From an uncultured delta proteobacterium (GTDB lineage Bacteria > Desulfobacterota > Syntrophia > Syntrophales > UBA2185), in contig CAVSPA010000012.1 in assembly GCA_963729715.1 (NCBI GenBank), positions 1 to 64,000 on the forward strand: a DNA stretch of 64,000 nucleotides, written 5' to 3'. The notes beneath the pieces were generated by a model. It saw only the letters and a program-made list of their open reading frames with translations, was not told where the DNA came from and did no database searches. The position numbers and the translations under genes were made by a program. This document shows positions 10,258 to 20,612 of this stretch, in pieces; the first letter of the stretch is position 1; each line of letters starts with the position of its first letter.

Positions 10258-11384
10258 AATGATTGTCCCTTGGCAATGACGGTAAAAAGAATCTTCCCAT
10301 GCGCCGACGTCTTAACATCAGAAATAGATACGTCCTGCAGAAATTCAGAAAGTTTCATTTCAATCTTTGAAAGATCATCCATGGAACTGGTCTCCGCCTT
10401 CATTTTAATCAACCCCTTTTCAATTTGAATATCAGTATAGACAGTGTGCGACTCCCTTCTCTTTGATAAATCCATTAGAAACTGAAGAGTGGTAATACCC
10501 GTCAGTGTGTCACTCTTTTCTTCAATTTCCCTGATATGAGATTTCAACTGGTTCAGTACATCGATAGTCTTCTTATCGCTCGGGAAAAGGCTGCTATACG
10601 AACCACGCATAGCACTTGTTATTGTAATCAGGTCTTTTTTTATCATGATTGCCTGGAACATTATACTCGCATGTACGAAAAACGCCAACAGGAAGGCAAG
10701 GACAACCGTTATCCTTAAAGCTTTTCGTGTTCTTTCGGCATCCTTCTTGTAGGCAAATTGCCCGATTCTGAGATTGATGGTAGGTTTAGCGAGTTCGTTC
10801 TCTGCTGCAATGATACGCTGGTCCTGATCCCATTTTTGAAGACCGATTAGATGTTCGGCTATTGATACCCGAAATCCCTCCTTGTCTGGATCTTCCCCTG
10901 CTTTGACAACTATCCGGAGGTCGATAGATGTGATGACCCGCGGGTCAATGTTATTACGGGCGAGTTCCGTAAGAATGTGATTAAGGATATCCTTCCTGGC
11001 GTAAGCCACAAGAACTTCAACGGAAGAGTCATCACCACCCATAATGATACTATCAAAAATAATCTCTTCAGGGCCGTTTATGATGTAATTATCCAGCTCA
11101 AGAGGAATGGCTTTCGTTATTTTTTCCCTATCTGAGAACGGGAAATTCAAGATTCTGAAATTCAGGACGGAGGCGGGTATACTTACATAAAACTCATCTA
11201 TACCCATCCAATCATTCTGCGATACATAGTCCAGCGTCGTTTCGTAGGTATATCCATCCCCGGTTATTTTAAAGAGATGCATAAGGGATTGATCGGCCAC
11301 ATACTGGTTAGTCTCTTGAGACGAAAGGTGCGGTCCGCACATGGGACTGTTCGTATGGATATCAATGACACCTATTTTTTTCAC
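10254..11384 (-). CDS. gspL: Type II secretion system protein GspL
   Basis: Cytoplasmic segment FRILNFPFSDREKI..AIPLELD, INLR.GQFAY before a TM, and a PilN-like C-terminus. Confidence 0.85.
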   Translation of the reverse strand: MKKIGVIDIHTNSPMCGPHLSSQETNQYVADQSLMHLFKITGDGYTYETTLDYVSQNDWMGIDEFYVSIPASVLNFRILNFPFSDREKITKAIPLELDNYIINGPEEIIFDSIIMGGDDSSVEVLVAYARKDILNHILTELARNNIDPRVITSIDLRIVVKAGEDPDKEGFRVSIAEHLIGLQKWDQDQRIIAAENELAKPTINLRIGQFAYKKDAERTRKALRITVVLAFLLAFFVHASIMFQAIMIKKDLITITSAMRGSYSSLFPSDKKTIDVLNQLKSHIREIEEKSDTLTGITTLQFLMDLSKRRESHTVYTDIQIEKGLIKMKAETSSMDDLSKIEMKLSEFLQDVSISDVKTSAHGKILFTVIAKGQSL

Positions 11385-12280
11385 TACGTCTCCTGCCAGT
11401 ACCTGACTGTGAAGCCTGCCGCACTATTTTCCACGACGCAGTCTATAATACGCTTTAACCGGTCTTGTGATGCCTCGGAAGTTATGCGTAACTTCGAAGC
11501 CTTTACCGCAATCTTACCCATAAGGGACTGCCCTAACTGTCCTTCGAAACCTGCCACCTTGACTATATCACTGGTTTTCTGAAAAGGTTCGACAGATCTA
11601 TAATTAACGATTCTTTCGGCAAGCACGCTGGTCATTGTATCGTCTAAAGCCATCAACACAGGCGTGGAAGCGGTATTAATGTTGATGATGTTCGCATATA
11701 CGGCACCAACACCGTAAACTGTTACAAGGGGGACCAACTTCTCACACGCCTTGGAATCTGCGATTAACCAAAGTTCATCTACACTGTTCATATAGGCATT
11801 CTTTGCGCTTACTTCCAAAATGCCGAGTCCCGTCTTTCTATTGCGATTTATCCAGTCGGCAATCTTGTCAGCAATTTGTTCATCAAGTTCCAGTTGTACA
11901 AGAAGTCTTTTGAGGGATTCGTAGGCCGCATTGTTCAAAGTGCCATTTGGTAAAACTAGTGAGTTGAGGTTGAATTTTGCGTTTTCATCTTCAACCTTGA
12001 CCATCACATTCCCTTCAAAATTCTCTAGGACATTGGCAACGGGTACCGAAACGGTTCCGGGGTAGGTGTATGAGTAGCGTTCATAGTTATCTGAAGCCAT
12101 TTTTATCGCAAGGTTTATTCCTGACTTGGCAGCAAGGGACAGGCTCTGGACATCTCTCCAGTTGTATAGCGACGCATTTGCCGTATACGTCGCACTAGCA
12201 AACTCGACCACCATGGCCGTCATTATTGCCATGATCATCAGTACGATTACAAGTGCCATTCCCCTCTGAGACCTGTTCAT
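11384..12280 (-). CDS. gspK: Minor pseudopilin GspK
   Basis: QRG|MALVIVL leader; motifs DENAKFNLNSL, DKIADWI and ININTAS. Confidence 0.93.
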   Translation of the reverse strand: MNRSQRGMALVIVLMIMAIMTAMVVEFASATYTANASLYNWRDVQSLSLAAKSGINLAIKMASDNYERYSYTYPGTVSVPVANVLENFEGNVMVKVEDENAKFNLNSLVLPNGTLNNAAYESLKRLLVQLELDEQIADKIADWINRNRKTGLGILEVSAKNAYMNSVDELWLIADSKACEKLVPLVTVYGVGAVYANIININTASTPVLMALDDTMTSVLAERIVNYRSVEPFQKTSDIVKVAGFEGQLGQSLMGKIAVKASKLRITSEASQDRLKRIIDCVVENSAAGFTVRYWQET

Positions 12281-12933
12281 ATGGCTGTTCCAATCCTCAC
12301 TTTGGCCGTTTCAAAGATAGAATAAGGCATGGCATCCTTGTCTTCTCCCTCTCTGTTTTTCATACGTATGGTCAATATTATCTTCACCGCTTCGGGTGCA
12401 ATCTTTGAGAGGGAGCTGTCCCATGTTTTTACCCATGCATTCTGGTACTTCGCTTGCAGTGTGAAGGTTTCGATGTCTTCCAATAGATCCATCCTATTGT
12501 TTTCAGCTGACTGAGACAATGCAGATACCATACTCTTCGTGATTACCAAGATGCCGTTTCTTTCCTCAACGGCATAGTTGATATTTGCAAGTCCTTTAAT
12601 TAAAGGAGATGACGAGGTCACGGTGAGAGATGAGGCCTGCCGTCCATAAAAATCCCTATCATCCATTTTAAAGACACAATAAGAATTATCCTTTGAATAA
12701 AAAGCAGCTTCAATCTCCCTTTTTAAAGTGTCAACCAAGGCACGGGACTCCTGGAGCTTTACAAGAGATTGATCCACATTGAACAATGCCCTGTTAGCTA
12801 ATATAAAAGTGCTGTAAAGCGTAATAAGTACCATGGCCATGATGGCAATCGCAGTTAGAATCTCAATTAGCGTAAAGCCCCTACTTCTTTCTTGAAGCTC
12901 TCTCTTTTTTATGCAATATTTCGAAGGTATCAT
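12277..12933 (-). CDS. gspJ: Minor pseudopilin GspJ
   Basis: RG|FTLIEIL prepilin motif, C-terminal W..TWDS...P.AVKI, and operon position. Confidence 0.85.
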   Translation of the reverse strand: MIPSKYCIKKRELQERSRGFTLIEILTAIAIMAMVLITLYSTFILANRALFNVDQSLVKLQESRALVDTLKREIEAAFYSKDNSYCVFKMDDRDFYGRQASSLTVTSSSPLIKGLANINYAVEERNGILVITKSMVSALSQSAENNRMDLLEDIETFTLQAKYQNAWVKTWDSSLSKIAPEAVKIILTIRMKNREGEDKDAMPYSIFETAKVRIGTAI

Positions 12934-13337
12934 ATTTGTTTCCGAACCAACTCCGATAAAGTTATACTTTCCTTTTCATTGCCAACAACGACTATAATTT
13001 CGGACATCCCGTTAAAAGGTGAATCCTTGACCTTCGTTTCATATTTCAGCGTATCATAGGGCTCCGGGAAACGACCCTTGTTTTCCTGTGGATTTTCCTC
13101 CATTTCCTCGATCTTTTCCTTTGCAAGATTTGTAATGTTCGTTACAGCAAACTGCCTCTGATTTATCCCCAGGTTATAGCTTAGGGTGTATAGCAAGGTG
13201 ATCAGTAGCCCCCCAACAATGGCGAGGCTTATCATAACCTCCAGAAGCGTAAAGCCCCTTTTTTGCCTTTTAATAAAGGATTGCCACCTCACAGAAGCTT
13301 TTCGCAATGACATTACGAAGATCCTAAATCCCCTCAT
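12930..13337 (-). CDS. gspI: Minor pseudopilin GspI
   Basis: RG|FTLLEVMISLAI prepilin motif, short length, and position between gspH and gspJ. Confidence 0.85.
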   Translation of the reverse strand: MRGFRIFVMSLRKASVRWQSFIKRQKRGFTLLEVMISLAIVGGLLITLLYTLSYNLGINQRQFAVTNITNLAKEKIEEMEENPQENKGRFPEPYDTLKYETKVKDSPFNGMSEIIVVVGNEKESITLSELVRKQI

Positions 13338-13794
13338 TTGCTAATACCTTCACCCTACCGCTTAGGGCGTTAAAGACAACTGCCATGGACGATTCGATGC
13401 CAGTTAAATGAACCGAGAAATTCTCTCCCGCCCCTACTGGACTCAAAAAAACCGTCACTTCACCACTGGAGATATTCCCCTTCGCTTGCGTTGTAATATG
13501 GGACAGAGTGTCAATTCTTTCCATTTTTTCGCCGTCAGGTCCTTTGTAGTGCATTGTCTTTTCATTAAAATTTATATTTACAATATAGGTTTCTTTTGTG
13601 GATATGGCGCTGTCATTGAGATATCTCAGGGTCGACGCAATATGACCTGCTTCAGACTTTAGCTTCCCATCCTTCTGAAGTGTAAAAGTTGGAAAAGAGA
13701 CGGCAAGAACAACTGAGACAACAAAAATAACGACAATTAGTTCTAAGAGGGTAAATGCTTTATTACTGCAGATCCCAATTCTTAATGTCAGCAT
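13324..13794 (-). CDS. gspH: Minor pseudopilin GspH
   Basis: KA|FTLLELIVV prepilin motif and C-terminal NALSGRVK. The start overlaps the end of gspG. Confidence 0.85.
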   Translation of the reverse strand: MLTLRIGICSNKAFTLLELIVVIFVVSVVLAVSFPTFTLQKDGKLKSEAGHIASTLRYLNDSAISTKETYIVNINFNEKTMHYKGPDGEKMERIDTLSHITTQAKGNISSGEVTVFLSPVGAGENFSVHLTGIESSMAVVFNALSGRVKVLANEGI

Positions 13795-14206
13795 CCTTGC
13801 CCTCTCCACCTTCCTTGCCATCGGCTCCATAACTGATAATATCGAAATCCCCATGTAGCCCGGGACACAGATATATATAGGGATTGCCCCATGGGTCCAA
13901 TGGGATCTTCTTCTGCTCCAAATAGCCGCCGTCTCGGTATTTGGGTGGGATCTGCCCCACTGTCGGCTTCTCGATCAGGGCCTCTAAACCCTGCTGGGTA
14001 TCGGGATAAAAGCCGTTATCGAGCTTGAATAATTTCAAGGCTATCTCGAAATTTTTTATCTGAAGCTTGGCATCTGTGATACGGGCATCATCTGTACGCC
14101 CGATAATCCTTGGCGCTACCAGGGCAACTAATATGCTCAGGATGAAAACAACAACGATGATTTCAAGCAGGGTGAAACCTTCTTTGCGAGAATACACAGC
14201 TTTCAT
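13763..14206 (-). CDS. gspG: Major pseudopilin GspG
   Basis: Motifs G|FTLLEII, LDNGFYP.TQQGLEAL, DPWGNPY and SYGADGKEGGEG.DADI. Confidence 0.97.
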   Translation of the reverse strand: MKAVYSRKEGFTLLEIIVVVFILSILVALVAPRIIGRTDDARITDAKLQIKNFEIALKLFKLDNGFYPDTQQGLEALIEKPTVGQIPPKYRDGGYLEQKKIPLDPWGNPYIYLCPGLHGDFDIISYGADGKEGGEGKDADIKNWDLQ

Positions 14207-14261
14207 GCTTTTTCTCCTGTTTTTATTTCATGAGACAGGCGAAACGCTTGTCTTATGCCCT

Positions 14262-15437
14262 CTACTTCACCAACTGATTTAATTGGAAGATAGGCAGCAA
14301 TACTGCCAGTACAATAAAACAAACTATGAGGGCCATAAATATTATCATAACCGGCTCGAAGATCGAGATGGTTCTGTCAACCTTCCTAATAAACTCTTCT
14401 TCATAAGATGATGCCGCTTTTTCCAGTGTTTGAGCCAGTTTCCCCGTCTTTTCACCGGTAGCTACAAGCTGCACAAACACGGATGGAAAACCCTCTAGCG
14501 ATGATGCAACCGTCTGCCCCTCTGCAACTTTTTCTCCTGCATAAAAAATGTTGGCTTCCAAGGCCCTGTTCCCTATAGCAGCAGCTGACAGCTTCAGTGC
14601 TGCTAACACCGGCAGTCCACCGCTGATGAGAACCTCCATGGATCGTGCAAATCTTGCATAATAGAGACTCTGCATAATGCCACCAGGCAGTTTGAGGATA
14701 AGCCTGTCTACCCTTTCCCTGTTTTTACTGATGTACTTCCTCACGGACATGACGCTGACGGCCAAAATACCAATTATGGCCCACCAGTATTTAGCAAAGG
14801 CATTGCTTATCGATATGAGGATCATTGTTATAAATGGGAGTGTACTTTTCGTATCCGCAAATATCCTGACAAGCTTAGGTATGACGAAGGTAAAGAGAAA
14901 TGAGAGGACTATTATACTTACTCCCGCCATCAGTATGGGGTAAATCATGGATGAGCGTATCTTTGATCTCACAACGCTTTGATGTTCAAGGAAATCGGCA
15001 AGCTTGGCAAGGACGATGTCTAACGCCCCGCTTGCTTCACCAGCCTGTATCATATGAATGTAGTGGCCGGAAAAAATATGACCATACTCCTGCAATGCCT
15101 TGTACAAACTTGCACCACCTGAGAGTTGCTCTTTTATTGCTATTAAAATCTCCCTGTAATATCCCTGATACTCATCGGAAAGACTCCGCAAAGCGTCCAT
15201 CAAAGGCACACCGGAGGAAATGAGGATGGAAAGCTGACGGGTCATATTTGGCAGAAATGTTTCATCTCTTCCCCGGAATACCCCCTTTTTTTTCTTCGTA
15301 GCAGATTCAACGACATCCGTGGGCAGGACTTTTCTTGCCTTAACCTGAGAGATCGCGTCACGCAGCGTCGGAGCCTCGATGGAGCCTCGTTCCTCTGTGC
15401 CATCTGCGGCATAACCTTTATAATGAAATATCGGCAT
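14262..15437 (-). CDS. gspF: Type II secretion inner membrane platform protein GspF
   Basis: Motifs TRQLS.LI.SGVPL, AGEASG.LD, SMIYP and GEKTGKL. Confidence 0.95.
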   Translation of the reverse strand: MPIFHYKGYAADGTEERGSIEAPTLRDAISQVKARKVLPTDVVESATKKKKGVFRGRDETFLPNMTRQLSILISSGVPLMDALRSLSDEYQGYYREILIAIKEQLSGGASLYKALQEYGHIFSGHYIHMIQAGEASGALDIVLAKLADFLEHQSVVRSKIRSSMIYPILMAGVSIIVLSFLFTFVIPKLVRIFADTKSTLPFITMILISISNAFAKYWWAIIGILAVSVMSVRKYISKNRERVDRLILKLPGGIMQSLYYARFARSMEVLISGGLPVLAALKLSAAAIGNRALEANIFYAGEKVAEGQTVASSLEGFPSVFVQLVATGEKTGKLAQTLEKAASSYEEEFIRKVDRTISIFEPVMIIFMALIVCFIVLAVLLPIFQLNQLVK

Positions 15438-16938
15438 AATCCTTCTGCGTCACTCGTAAAATTTCCTGAAGAGTCGTAACCCCGCGTATGACCTTATCGA
15501 GACCATCTGTGAAGAGGGTTTTCATGTGCTTTTCAACAGCATAATTTTTTATATCCTGCGCACTGACTCTACCCGATATCATCTGTCTGATTTCAGCATC
15601 AACAACCAGGAGTTCATATATCCCCGTCCTCCCCAAATATCCACTTTCTCTGCAATGTGAACATCCTTTCCCCCTGTATAATGTTGACACGTTGGCGGAC
15701 AGATATACCCAATCTGCGCCTGTTGCCGTGTATTCCTCCCTACAGTGCGGGCAAAGTGTCCTGACAAGCCTCTGGGCAAGGACGGCAGAGAGGGACGATG
15801 CGACGAGGAAGGGCTCTACGCCCATATCGACCAACCGTATCACGGCAGAAGACGCATCAATGGTGTGTAAAGTACTCAGCACAAGGTGACCTGTCAGAGA
15901 GGCCTGAATGGCAATCTCTGCTGTTTCATAATCCCTTATCTCACCGACCATGATGATATCTGGATCCTGCCGCAAAATGGATCGGAGACCGGATGCAAAC
16001 GAAAGTCCAATTTTGGGATTGACATGTATCTGTCCGATGCCCTTCAGTTGGTATTCGACGGGGTCTTCTATCGTGACGATGTTTTTCTCTTCTGTGTAAA
16101 TTCGGTTCAGTGCCGCATAGAGAGTCGTCGTCTTACCACTTCCTGTGGGACCCGTGACAAGAATAATACCGCTTGTCCTTGCTAAAAGATTCTCAAAGGA
16201 CACCCTTTCATTTTCATCAAATCCCATTTCGGCAAGGCCTATCAGGCCTTGCTTTCTATGCAACAACCTAAGGACGGCGCGTTCGCCGAAAACGGTTGGA
16301 ACGGTTGATACTCTGAGGTCGATATTTTCCCCCCCGATGAGAATCTGTATACGGCCATCCTGGGGAAGTCTCTTCTCGGCAATATCCATACTGGCCATGA
16401 TTTTCACCCTGCTTATCAAAGCATCCTGAATGATCTTCGGAGGGCTCAAGACCTTGCGCAGGATACCATCAACCCGCATGCGAACTTCAAGCTCCTTTTC
16501 ATACGGCTCAATGTGGATATCACTGGCCCTTTCCTTGGCGGCTTGCTGGAAAAGGGCGTTAAGAAGCCTTATGATCGGTGCATCTTCAATCAGTTCAAGA
16601 AGATCCTTTGGTTTTTCAAATTCGGTGGCAACTGATGAGAGATCATCACCTGATATGTTGTCCATAACTTCCACAGCAGTGCCTAGCTGACCATAAAAAC
16701 GGCTTATGGCATCGACAAGAATCCCCTTTTCCACTTTAATGGGACGCGGCTTTAGATCATATTTTTTTGCAAGTTCAGAAACGGCAAAGACTCCCTTGTC
16801 ATCTGCAACGGCTGCTACAAGATAACCCCCCAGCTTCTTCAGCGGAAGGATAAGATTATTCCTGGAGAATGAGAACGGGATCTCTTGCATCAGAGAAATA
16901 TCTACATCATCATCCTTGATGGTTTCTACGAGTTCCAT
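15418..16938 (-). CDS. gspE: Type II secretion ATPase GspE
   Basis: Motifs RASDIHIEP, GPTGSGKTTT, LRQDPDIIMVGEIRD, TGHLVLSTLHT and CPHC/CSHC. ATG 16938 follows SD AAGGAG. Confidence 0.97.
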   Translation of the reverse strand: MELVETIKDDDVDISLMQEIPFSFSRNNLILPLKKLGGYLVAAVADDKGVFAVSELAKKYDLKPRPIKVEKGILVDAISRFYGQLGTAVEVMDNISGDDLSSVATEFEKPKDLLELIEDAPIIRLLNALFQQAAKERASDIHIEPYEKELEVRMRVDGILRKVLSPPKIIQDALISRVKIMASMDIAEKRLPQDGRIQILIGGENIDLRVSTVPTVFGERAVLRLLHRKQGLIGLAEMGFDENERVSFENLLARTSGIILVTGPTGSGKTTTLYAALNRIYTEEKNIVTIEDPVEYQLKGIGQIHVNPKIGLSFASGLRSILRQDPDIIMVGEIRDYETAEIAIQASLTGHLVLSTLHTIDASSAVIRLVDMGVEPFLVASSLSAVLAQRLVRTLCPHCREEYTATGADWVYLSANVSTLYRGKGCSHCRESGYLGRTGIYELLVVDAEIRQMISGRVSAQDIKNYAVEKHMKTLFTDGLDKVIRGVTTLQEILRVTQKDYADISL

Positions 16939-17059
16939 ATCTCCTTCAATAATCCTCCTATTGTTTCGTTTAGTACCATGTCCAATATTGATCGCGTCAT
17001 TTATCATTTCCATCATCACTAAAAGACACACCTGATTCCAGGTCTTATCCACATCTTTC

Positions 17060-17500
17060 TTATTCTTCCGGTTTCAGCTTTGATAATCGTCCTTCAGATT
17101 TCAGTTGGACAAAACTTCCGGAATGCGCTTCTAAAATTTTCTTTTTCTCCATATAGTGGCAGGCATCTTCAATGCTGGTAAAATGTCCGATCAATATTCT
17201 ATACTAAACATCCCGTTTCCGCGCTTTAACTCTTTCTATGTAAATATCTAGTTGTGTTTTTATCAGATCCTCTACAAACACCATCGCATCTTTCTTTTCT
17301 GCCTCAGGATAAGCTATTATCTGAATGGCATATTTGCCATTTTTTGTAACCCTTCACGGGGCAGCAGGAGCAAACTCTTTAGTTTGACCCTTAAGGTTTT
17401 TATCTTCAACAGGTAAGACTGCAGCAGGTTGGACATTTGGCTTTACAGAAGTTTTACTCGCTGCACTTGAAGGAATAGAGGGTCGCGATAATTTACCTTC
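17060..17500 (-). pseudogene. Degenerate linker plus SPOR (peptidoglycan-binding) domain remnant
   Basis: Manual translation: ...PAAP*RVTKNGKYAIQIIAY...IYIERVKARKRDV*YRILIGHFTSIEDACHYM...HSGSFVQ...EE*. Two in-frame stops (TGA 17354-17356, TAG 17204-17206) and no start codon at the 5' end. Confidence 0.7.
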
Positions 17501-17501
17501 A

Positions 17502-19400
17502 CTACTGCATTTGAATAAGATTAATGGGTTCGGCCTTCTGTACCTCCGGCAACGCTGAGAATTGATTGGCAGCCTCTTCCAGGCTTATCCCCTCTTTTAG
17601 CTTAATGCGATATGTGTTCTCCTTGACAATTTTCATAATCGCAGCCTTCTGACGAATAACAATAGTCTTCGCTGCTTCCTCTGTCACGCCGCTTTTGAAT
17701 GTCACGATCAGCTCTCCTTCAATATAAAGTTTCTCTTTTTGGGTAAAGTCATTTAGCTTATCTCTGGAAAGCTGGCCCAAGTTAGCTGCTTCTGTAACTA
17801 TATGAGGTGTCAAAAATACTAAGAGGTTGGTCTTAGTCTTCTGGGTCGTCTTGTATTTAAAAAGCCATCCGATCAGGGGAATGTCACCGAAGAAAGGTGC
17901 CTTCGTCGTTGTCTCTTCTTCGCTATCTTGCATGAGCCCACCAATTACGACAGTTTGTTTATCTTTAACGACCACCGATGTTTTTGTCGATCTCTTGGTA
18001 ATCGTCGGACCGACAGTGGTCAAAATATTATCCGACTGCCCCCCGATGAGTGCAGAGACCTCCTGATATATATCCATCTTTACGTATTCACTCTCAGAAA
18101 TCTGGGGGGTGATCTTCAGCGTAATGCCTACATCCTGCCTGGTGATGTTGTTAAGCACTGTATTCGCAGTCGTGATGTCCTGTTGTCTTGATGCAATAAA
18201 AGGGACATTCTGGCCAACGAGAATTTGCGCCTCTTTGTTGTCTGATGTTAATATCTGCGGAGTTGAAAGGACGTTTAGGGCATCCCTGAAATCACTCAAA
18301 CTAAAGAGTACCGCAATACCGGGAGCTGTCACATTCGATGTCGCCCCAGGAATCATGGTCTGTGGTATGGTATAATAATTGCCCAGGCCTCCGATGGTAA
18401 GCCCTGTCAGACCGGTGATGATAGAGCTGATTGTGCTTGTGTCTACGCTTCCGACACCTGCAACAACTACCGGCGCTCCACCCGACTGTACAGCAGCCCG
18501 CCATTGCGTGCCAAGTTGAATGAGTTTATTCAAAGATATCTCTGCAATCATGACCTCAACAAATACCTGCCGCCGCCGCTTATCCAGTTTTTTGATGATC
18601 GGCAATATATTCTGATAGTCGGAAGGGGATGCAACAATAATGAGGGCATTGGAGGCCTTGTCCGGCGTTATTGTAATCCCGCTTACGGACTCAAATGCTG
18701 AGGCAACTGGGGGCTGCTTCTGAGGCTGTGCCTGCGCCGATTTAGTGAGTGTTTCCATCACTTTTGACAGTTCGGTTGCATCAGCGTTTTCAAGGAAATA
18801 GATGTTAATCGATCCCCGGTTCTCTAATGGTTTATCAATGGCATCGATGACTGACACGACATTTGCAATATTTACACCTGAGTCAATAACTAAGAGCAGA
18901 TTACCCGGACCGAATACCGATATGTATCCATCTTTCGATATGATCGGGTGGACTAATTTCATTACTTCTGCCGCTGAAACATATTTCAGTGGAATCAATT
19001 GGGCCGCATAGCTTGCATTGACGGGCCGCTTCTCTTTATCAAATTTTAACCCTTTCTGTTTTGCCTCCGAAGTGGGAATAATGGAATAAGCGTCTACGCC
19101 TGAAGGAATAACAGTAAACCCTTTCATTTCCAGAACAGCAGTGAAGAGATTGAATGTATCCGATACACTCAGTTTCGTAGGTGTAATTATCGTTATCTTT
19201 CCTTTTACACGCTCATCGAGAATGAAATTTTTGTGGGTTATTTCACTCACAAATTTTGTGATGACTGGTAGATCGACATCTACAAAGTTGAATTCCACCA
19301 TGCTGTCCATCTTAAATGCCGCCATGGTATCGGCTGATATTGTCAAAACACACACAAGAAAAATTAGCATTGAGAGTCTTTTAACTAACACGTTATACAT
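17502..19400 (-). CDS. gspD: Type II secretion secretin GspD with an atypical C-terminal domain
   Basis: N0 domain FNFVDVDL..FILDERVKGKIT; secretin core QVFVEVMIAE, LSTPQILTSDNKEA, DVGITLKITPQI, GDIPLIGWLFK, NLLVFLTPHIV. Confidence 0.95.
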   Translation of the reverse strand: MYNVLVKRLSMLIFLVCVLTISADTMAAFKMDSMVEFNFVDVDLPVITKFVSEITHKNFILDERVKGKITIITPTKLSVSDTFNLFTAVLEMKGFTVIPSGVDAYSIIPTSEAKQKGLKFDKEKRPVNASYAAQLIPLKYVSAAEVMKLVHPIISKDGYISVFGPGNLLLVIDSGVNIANVVSVIDAIDKPLENRGSINIYFLENADATELSKVMETLTKSAQAQPQKQPPVASAFESVSGITITPDKASNALIIVASPSDYQNILPIIKKLDKRRRQVFVEVMIAEISLNKLIQLGTQWRAAVQSGGAPVVVAGVGSVDTSTISSIITGLTGLTIGGLGNYYTIPQTMIPGATSNVTAPGIAVLFSLSDFRDALNVLSTPQILTSDNKEAQILVGQNVPFIASRQQDITTANTVLNNITRQDVGITLKITPQISESEYVKMDIYQEVSALIGGQSDNILTTVGPTITKRSTKTSVVVKDKQTVVIGGLMQDSEEETTTKAPFFGDIPLIGWLFKYKTTQKTKTNLLVFLTPHIVTEAANLGQLSRDKLNDFTQKEKLYIEGELIVTFKSGVTEEAAKTIVIRQKAAIMKIVKENTYRIKLKEGISLEEAANQFSALPEVQKAEPINLIQMQ

Positions 19401-19416
19401 AGTTTACCGGTCTTCC

Positions 19417-20286
19417 TCATCTGATTTGATAATTGAGAGTCACCCTGTTACCGTTTCTGATTATGTCTAATTGTACTTTATCCATCCCCTTCAAGGCCAT
19501 AAATGTCTGAAGTGCATTCTCTGGATTTGAAATGTTGGAGTCATTGATCCGCAAAAGGATATCGCCATTCTTCATACCCAAGTTATCGTAGAAACCATCT
19601 TTTCTTACTCCCTGCAGAATGAACCCATCTAGCTTACCCTTTACCATGTTAGGGATAAACTTTGCATCAGTCATGATCTTAGCAGGATTATCCAAAGCAA
19701 CTAGTGTCGCCTTTTGGTCTATGATATACTCCCCTGTCCCGACAGATCGCACTGGTCCGGTTATTCCTGTAGTACCCTTGGTAGCCTGCATATCGTTTAA
19801 GGTCAGCTGATCGGCCATACTAATTTTCATCATTTTCCCATTTTTCTGAATGAATATGCTGTCTTTTTCAACCGTTTTAAGCTTTCCCAACCCGAATACC
19901 ATCTCTCCAGTCTTGAACATTGATTGTTTTCCATCACCGCCAATAAAAACGGCATAGCCGTTTTTATCACTTCCAGAAATTGTTCCCACGAGCCTAATAT
20001 CAGAAAATGCTGCTTGGTCTCCATGGGAAGGACCTTGCTTTACCGAACCAGCAGATACGCCAAACGGGTTGATTTGAAGGAGCGCTTCATATTCCTGAAA
20101 ACTTTTATTTTCATGTTTGCCGGATTCGATCGGGGCAGTTGAAAGAGGTTTCACATCTTTTTTTTGAACCACCGTTATGATATTCCTCGCAAAAAAAACC
20201 AGAGAAGCAAGTAGTAATAACCCGATGGTAATATTCACGACTGTTACTATCTTCAAGTAATGACGTTTTATGCTTATAACTGCCAT
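19417..20286 (-). CDS. gspC: Type II secretion protein GspC (TM, HR and PDZ domains)
   Basis: N-terminal TM, NPFG, L.GTI..and a PDZ-like G...GDILLRIND segment; first gene of the operon. Confidence 0.9.
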   Translation of the reverse strand: MAVISIKRHYLKIVTVVNITIGLLLLASLVFFARNIITVVQKKDVKPLSTAPIESGKHENKSFQEYEALLQINPFGVSAGSVKQGPSHGDQAAFSDIRLVGTISGSDKNGYAVFIGGDGKQSMFKTGEMVFGLGKLKTVEKDSIFIQKNGKMMKISMADQLTLNDMQATKGTTGITGPVRSVGTGEYIIDQKATLVALDNPAKIMTDAKFIPNMVKGKLDGFILQGVRKDGFYDNLGMKNGDILLRINDSNISNPENALQTFMALKGMDKVQLDIIRNGNRVTLNYQIR

Positions 20287-20612
20287 ACTGCAAATCATTC
20301 AATTAACACGTCAGACACTATTCCAGTCTTTCTTCAGAAATAACATGAAACACGGGAAAATCGTACCAAACACTTATCACTAAGAGCAAATGTATGTTGC
20401 AATCTTACAATTTTTCAACGGCCCATAAGATTTTTCCTGTCAGTCAAACTGATAAGAATGGACACTTTTAAAAGCCCCGACAAAAAATAATTAAGTATTA
20501 TGCCTAATAATAGTTTCTTTGTAGTAACACAAAAAAAGATAAATGTCATGGCAGAATTCTAACTTAACATGTGATATATGTTCTGGGAGGGCAGAGTCAC
20601 CCTTTGTGTTGA

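Noticed and set aside
17204..17356. TGA/TAG recoding (Sec or Pyl) in the SPOR frame
   Set aside because: There are two different stop types, the TAG is at an expected Trp position, and there is no start codon or Cys-equivalent context; decay is simpler.
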